Below, in pieces: positions 63,001-64,000 of a DNA stretch of 64,000 bases. Made by a program: the position numbers and the translations under genes. Origin of the DNA: Eledone cirrhosa (taxonomy: Eukaryota); assembly GCA_964016885.1 (NCBI GenBank), contig OZ024753.1, positions 9,114,001 to 9,178,000 of the forward strand. Reading direction: 5' to 3'. The notes beneath the pieces were generated by a model that was given only the letters and a program-made list of their open reading frames with translations, was not told the DNA's origin and made no database searches. Within the stretch, counting starts at the first letter, position 1, and each line of letters opens with the position of its first letter.

Positions 63001-64000
63001 CTACTATGTCACAGGCTGGACTGAGTACTTCTTATACTGGCACCAACACTACTACGTCACAGGCTGGACTGAGTACTTCTTATACTGGCACCAACACTAC
63101 TACGTCACAGGCTGGACTGAGTACTTCTTATACTGGCACCAACACTACTACGTCACAGGCTGGACTGAGTACTTCTTATACTGGCACCAACACTACTACG
63201 TCACAGGCTGGACTGAGAACTTCCTATACTGGCACCAACACTACTACGTCACAGGCTGGACTGAGTACTTCTTATACTGGCACCAACACTACTTCATCAC
63301 AGGCTGGACTGAGTACTTCTTATACTGGCACCAACACTACTACATCACAGGCTGGACTGAGTACTTCCTATACTGGCACCAACACTACTACATCACAGAT
63401 TAGACTGAGTACTTCTTATACTGGCACCAACACTACTACGTCACAGATTGGACTGAGTACTTCTTATACTGGGACCAACACTACTACGTCACAGATTGGA
63501 GTGAGTACTTCTTATACTGGGACCAACACTACTACGTCACAGGCTGGACTGAGTACTTCTTATACTGGCACCAACACTACTACGTCACAGGCTGGACTGA
63601 GTACTTCTTATACTGGCACCAACACTACTACGTCACAGGTTGGACTGAGTACTTCTTATACTGGCACCAACACTACTACGTCACAGGCTGGACTGAGTAC
63701 TTCTTATACTGGCACCAACACTACTACGTCACAGGCTGGACTGAGTACTTCTTATACTGGCACCAACACTACTACGTCACAGGTTGGACTGAGTACTTCT
63801 TATACTGGCACCAACACTACTACGTCACAGGCTGGACTGAGTACTTCTTATACTGGCACCAACACTACTACGTCACAGGCTGGACTGAGTACTTCTTATA
63901 CTGGCACCAACACTACTACGTCACAGGTTGGACTGAGTACTTCTTATACTGGGACCAACACTACTACGTCACAGGCTGGACTGAGTACTTCTTATACTGG
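60061..64000. repeat. 48-bp satellite, about 82 units, running off the window end
   Basis: Unit CTGGCACCAACACTACTACGTCACAGGCTGGACTGAGTACTTCTTATA; phase is kept with no indel across the array; preceded by a decayed RTE-type tail (59960-60060). Confidence 0.97.

Noticed and set aside
60061-64000. CRISPR-like or telomeric array
   Set aside because: It is a contiguous 48-bp monomer with no spacers and no TTAGGG repeats.

Overview
This is AT-rich, repeat-saturated eukaryotic DNA with no recognisable host-gene exon. The SINE, RTE and microsatellite repertoire looks like an octopus (coleoid cephalopod) genome; that assignment is my inference from recalled repeat families. The window holds three to four tRNA-derived SINE families and many 5'-truncated RTE LINEs whose 3' UTR is shared with one SINE. 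It also has a CR1/L2-type LINE, a Penelope-like GIY-YIG fragment, and relics of a CRE-type and a Ty3/Gypsy element that the ORF track misses. A piggyBac-type MITE, long (TA)n/(CA)n/(CAT)n microsatellites and several satellites (28, 33, 41, 48, ~58, 112 and 131 bp units) make up the rest. Two themes stand out. First, about 17 intact or decayed minimal hammerhead-ribozyme motifs from several unrelated sequence families occur, many inside short fold-back (inverted-repeat) elements set in (TA)n tracts; these are probably non-coding Penelope-like retroelements. Second, tandem arrays have grown out of retroposon parts, including a 13-copy array of Pol III promoter heads and a 48-bp array with one reading frame open for about 4 kb. 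Nearly all ORFs in the supplied track are repeat artefacts. Coordinates were read by eye and may be off by a few bases.
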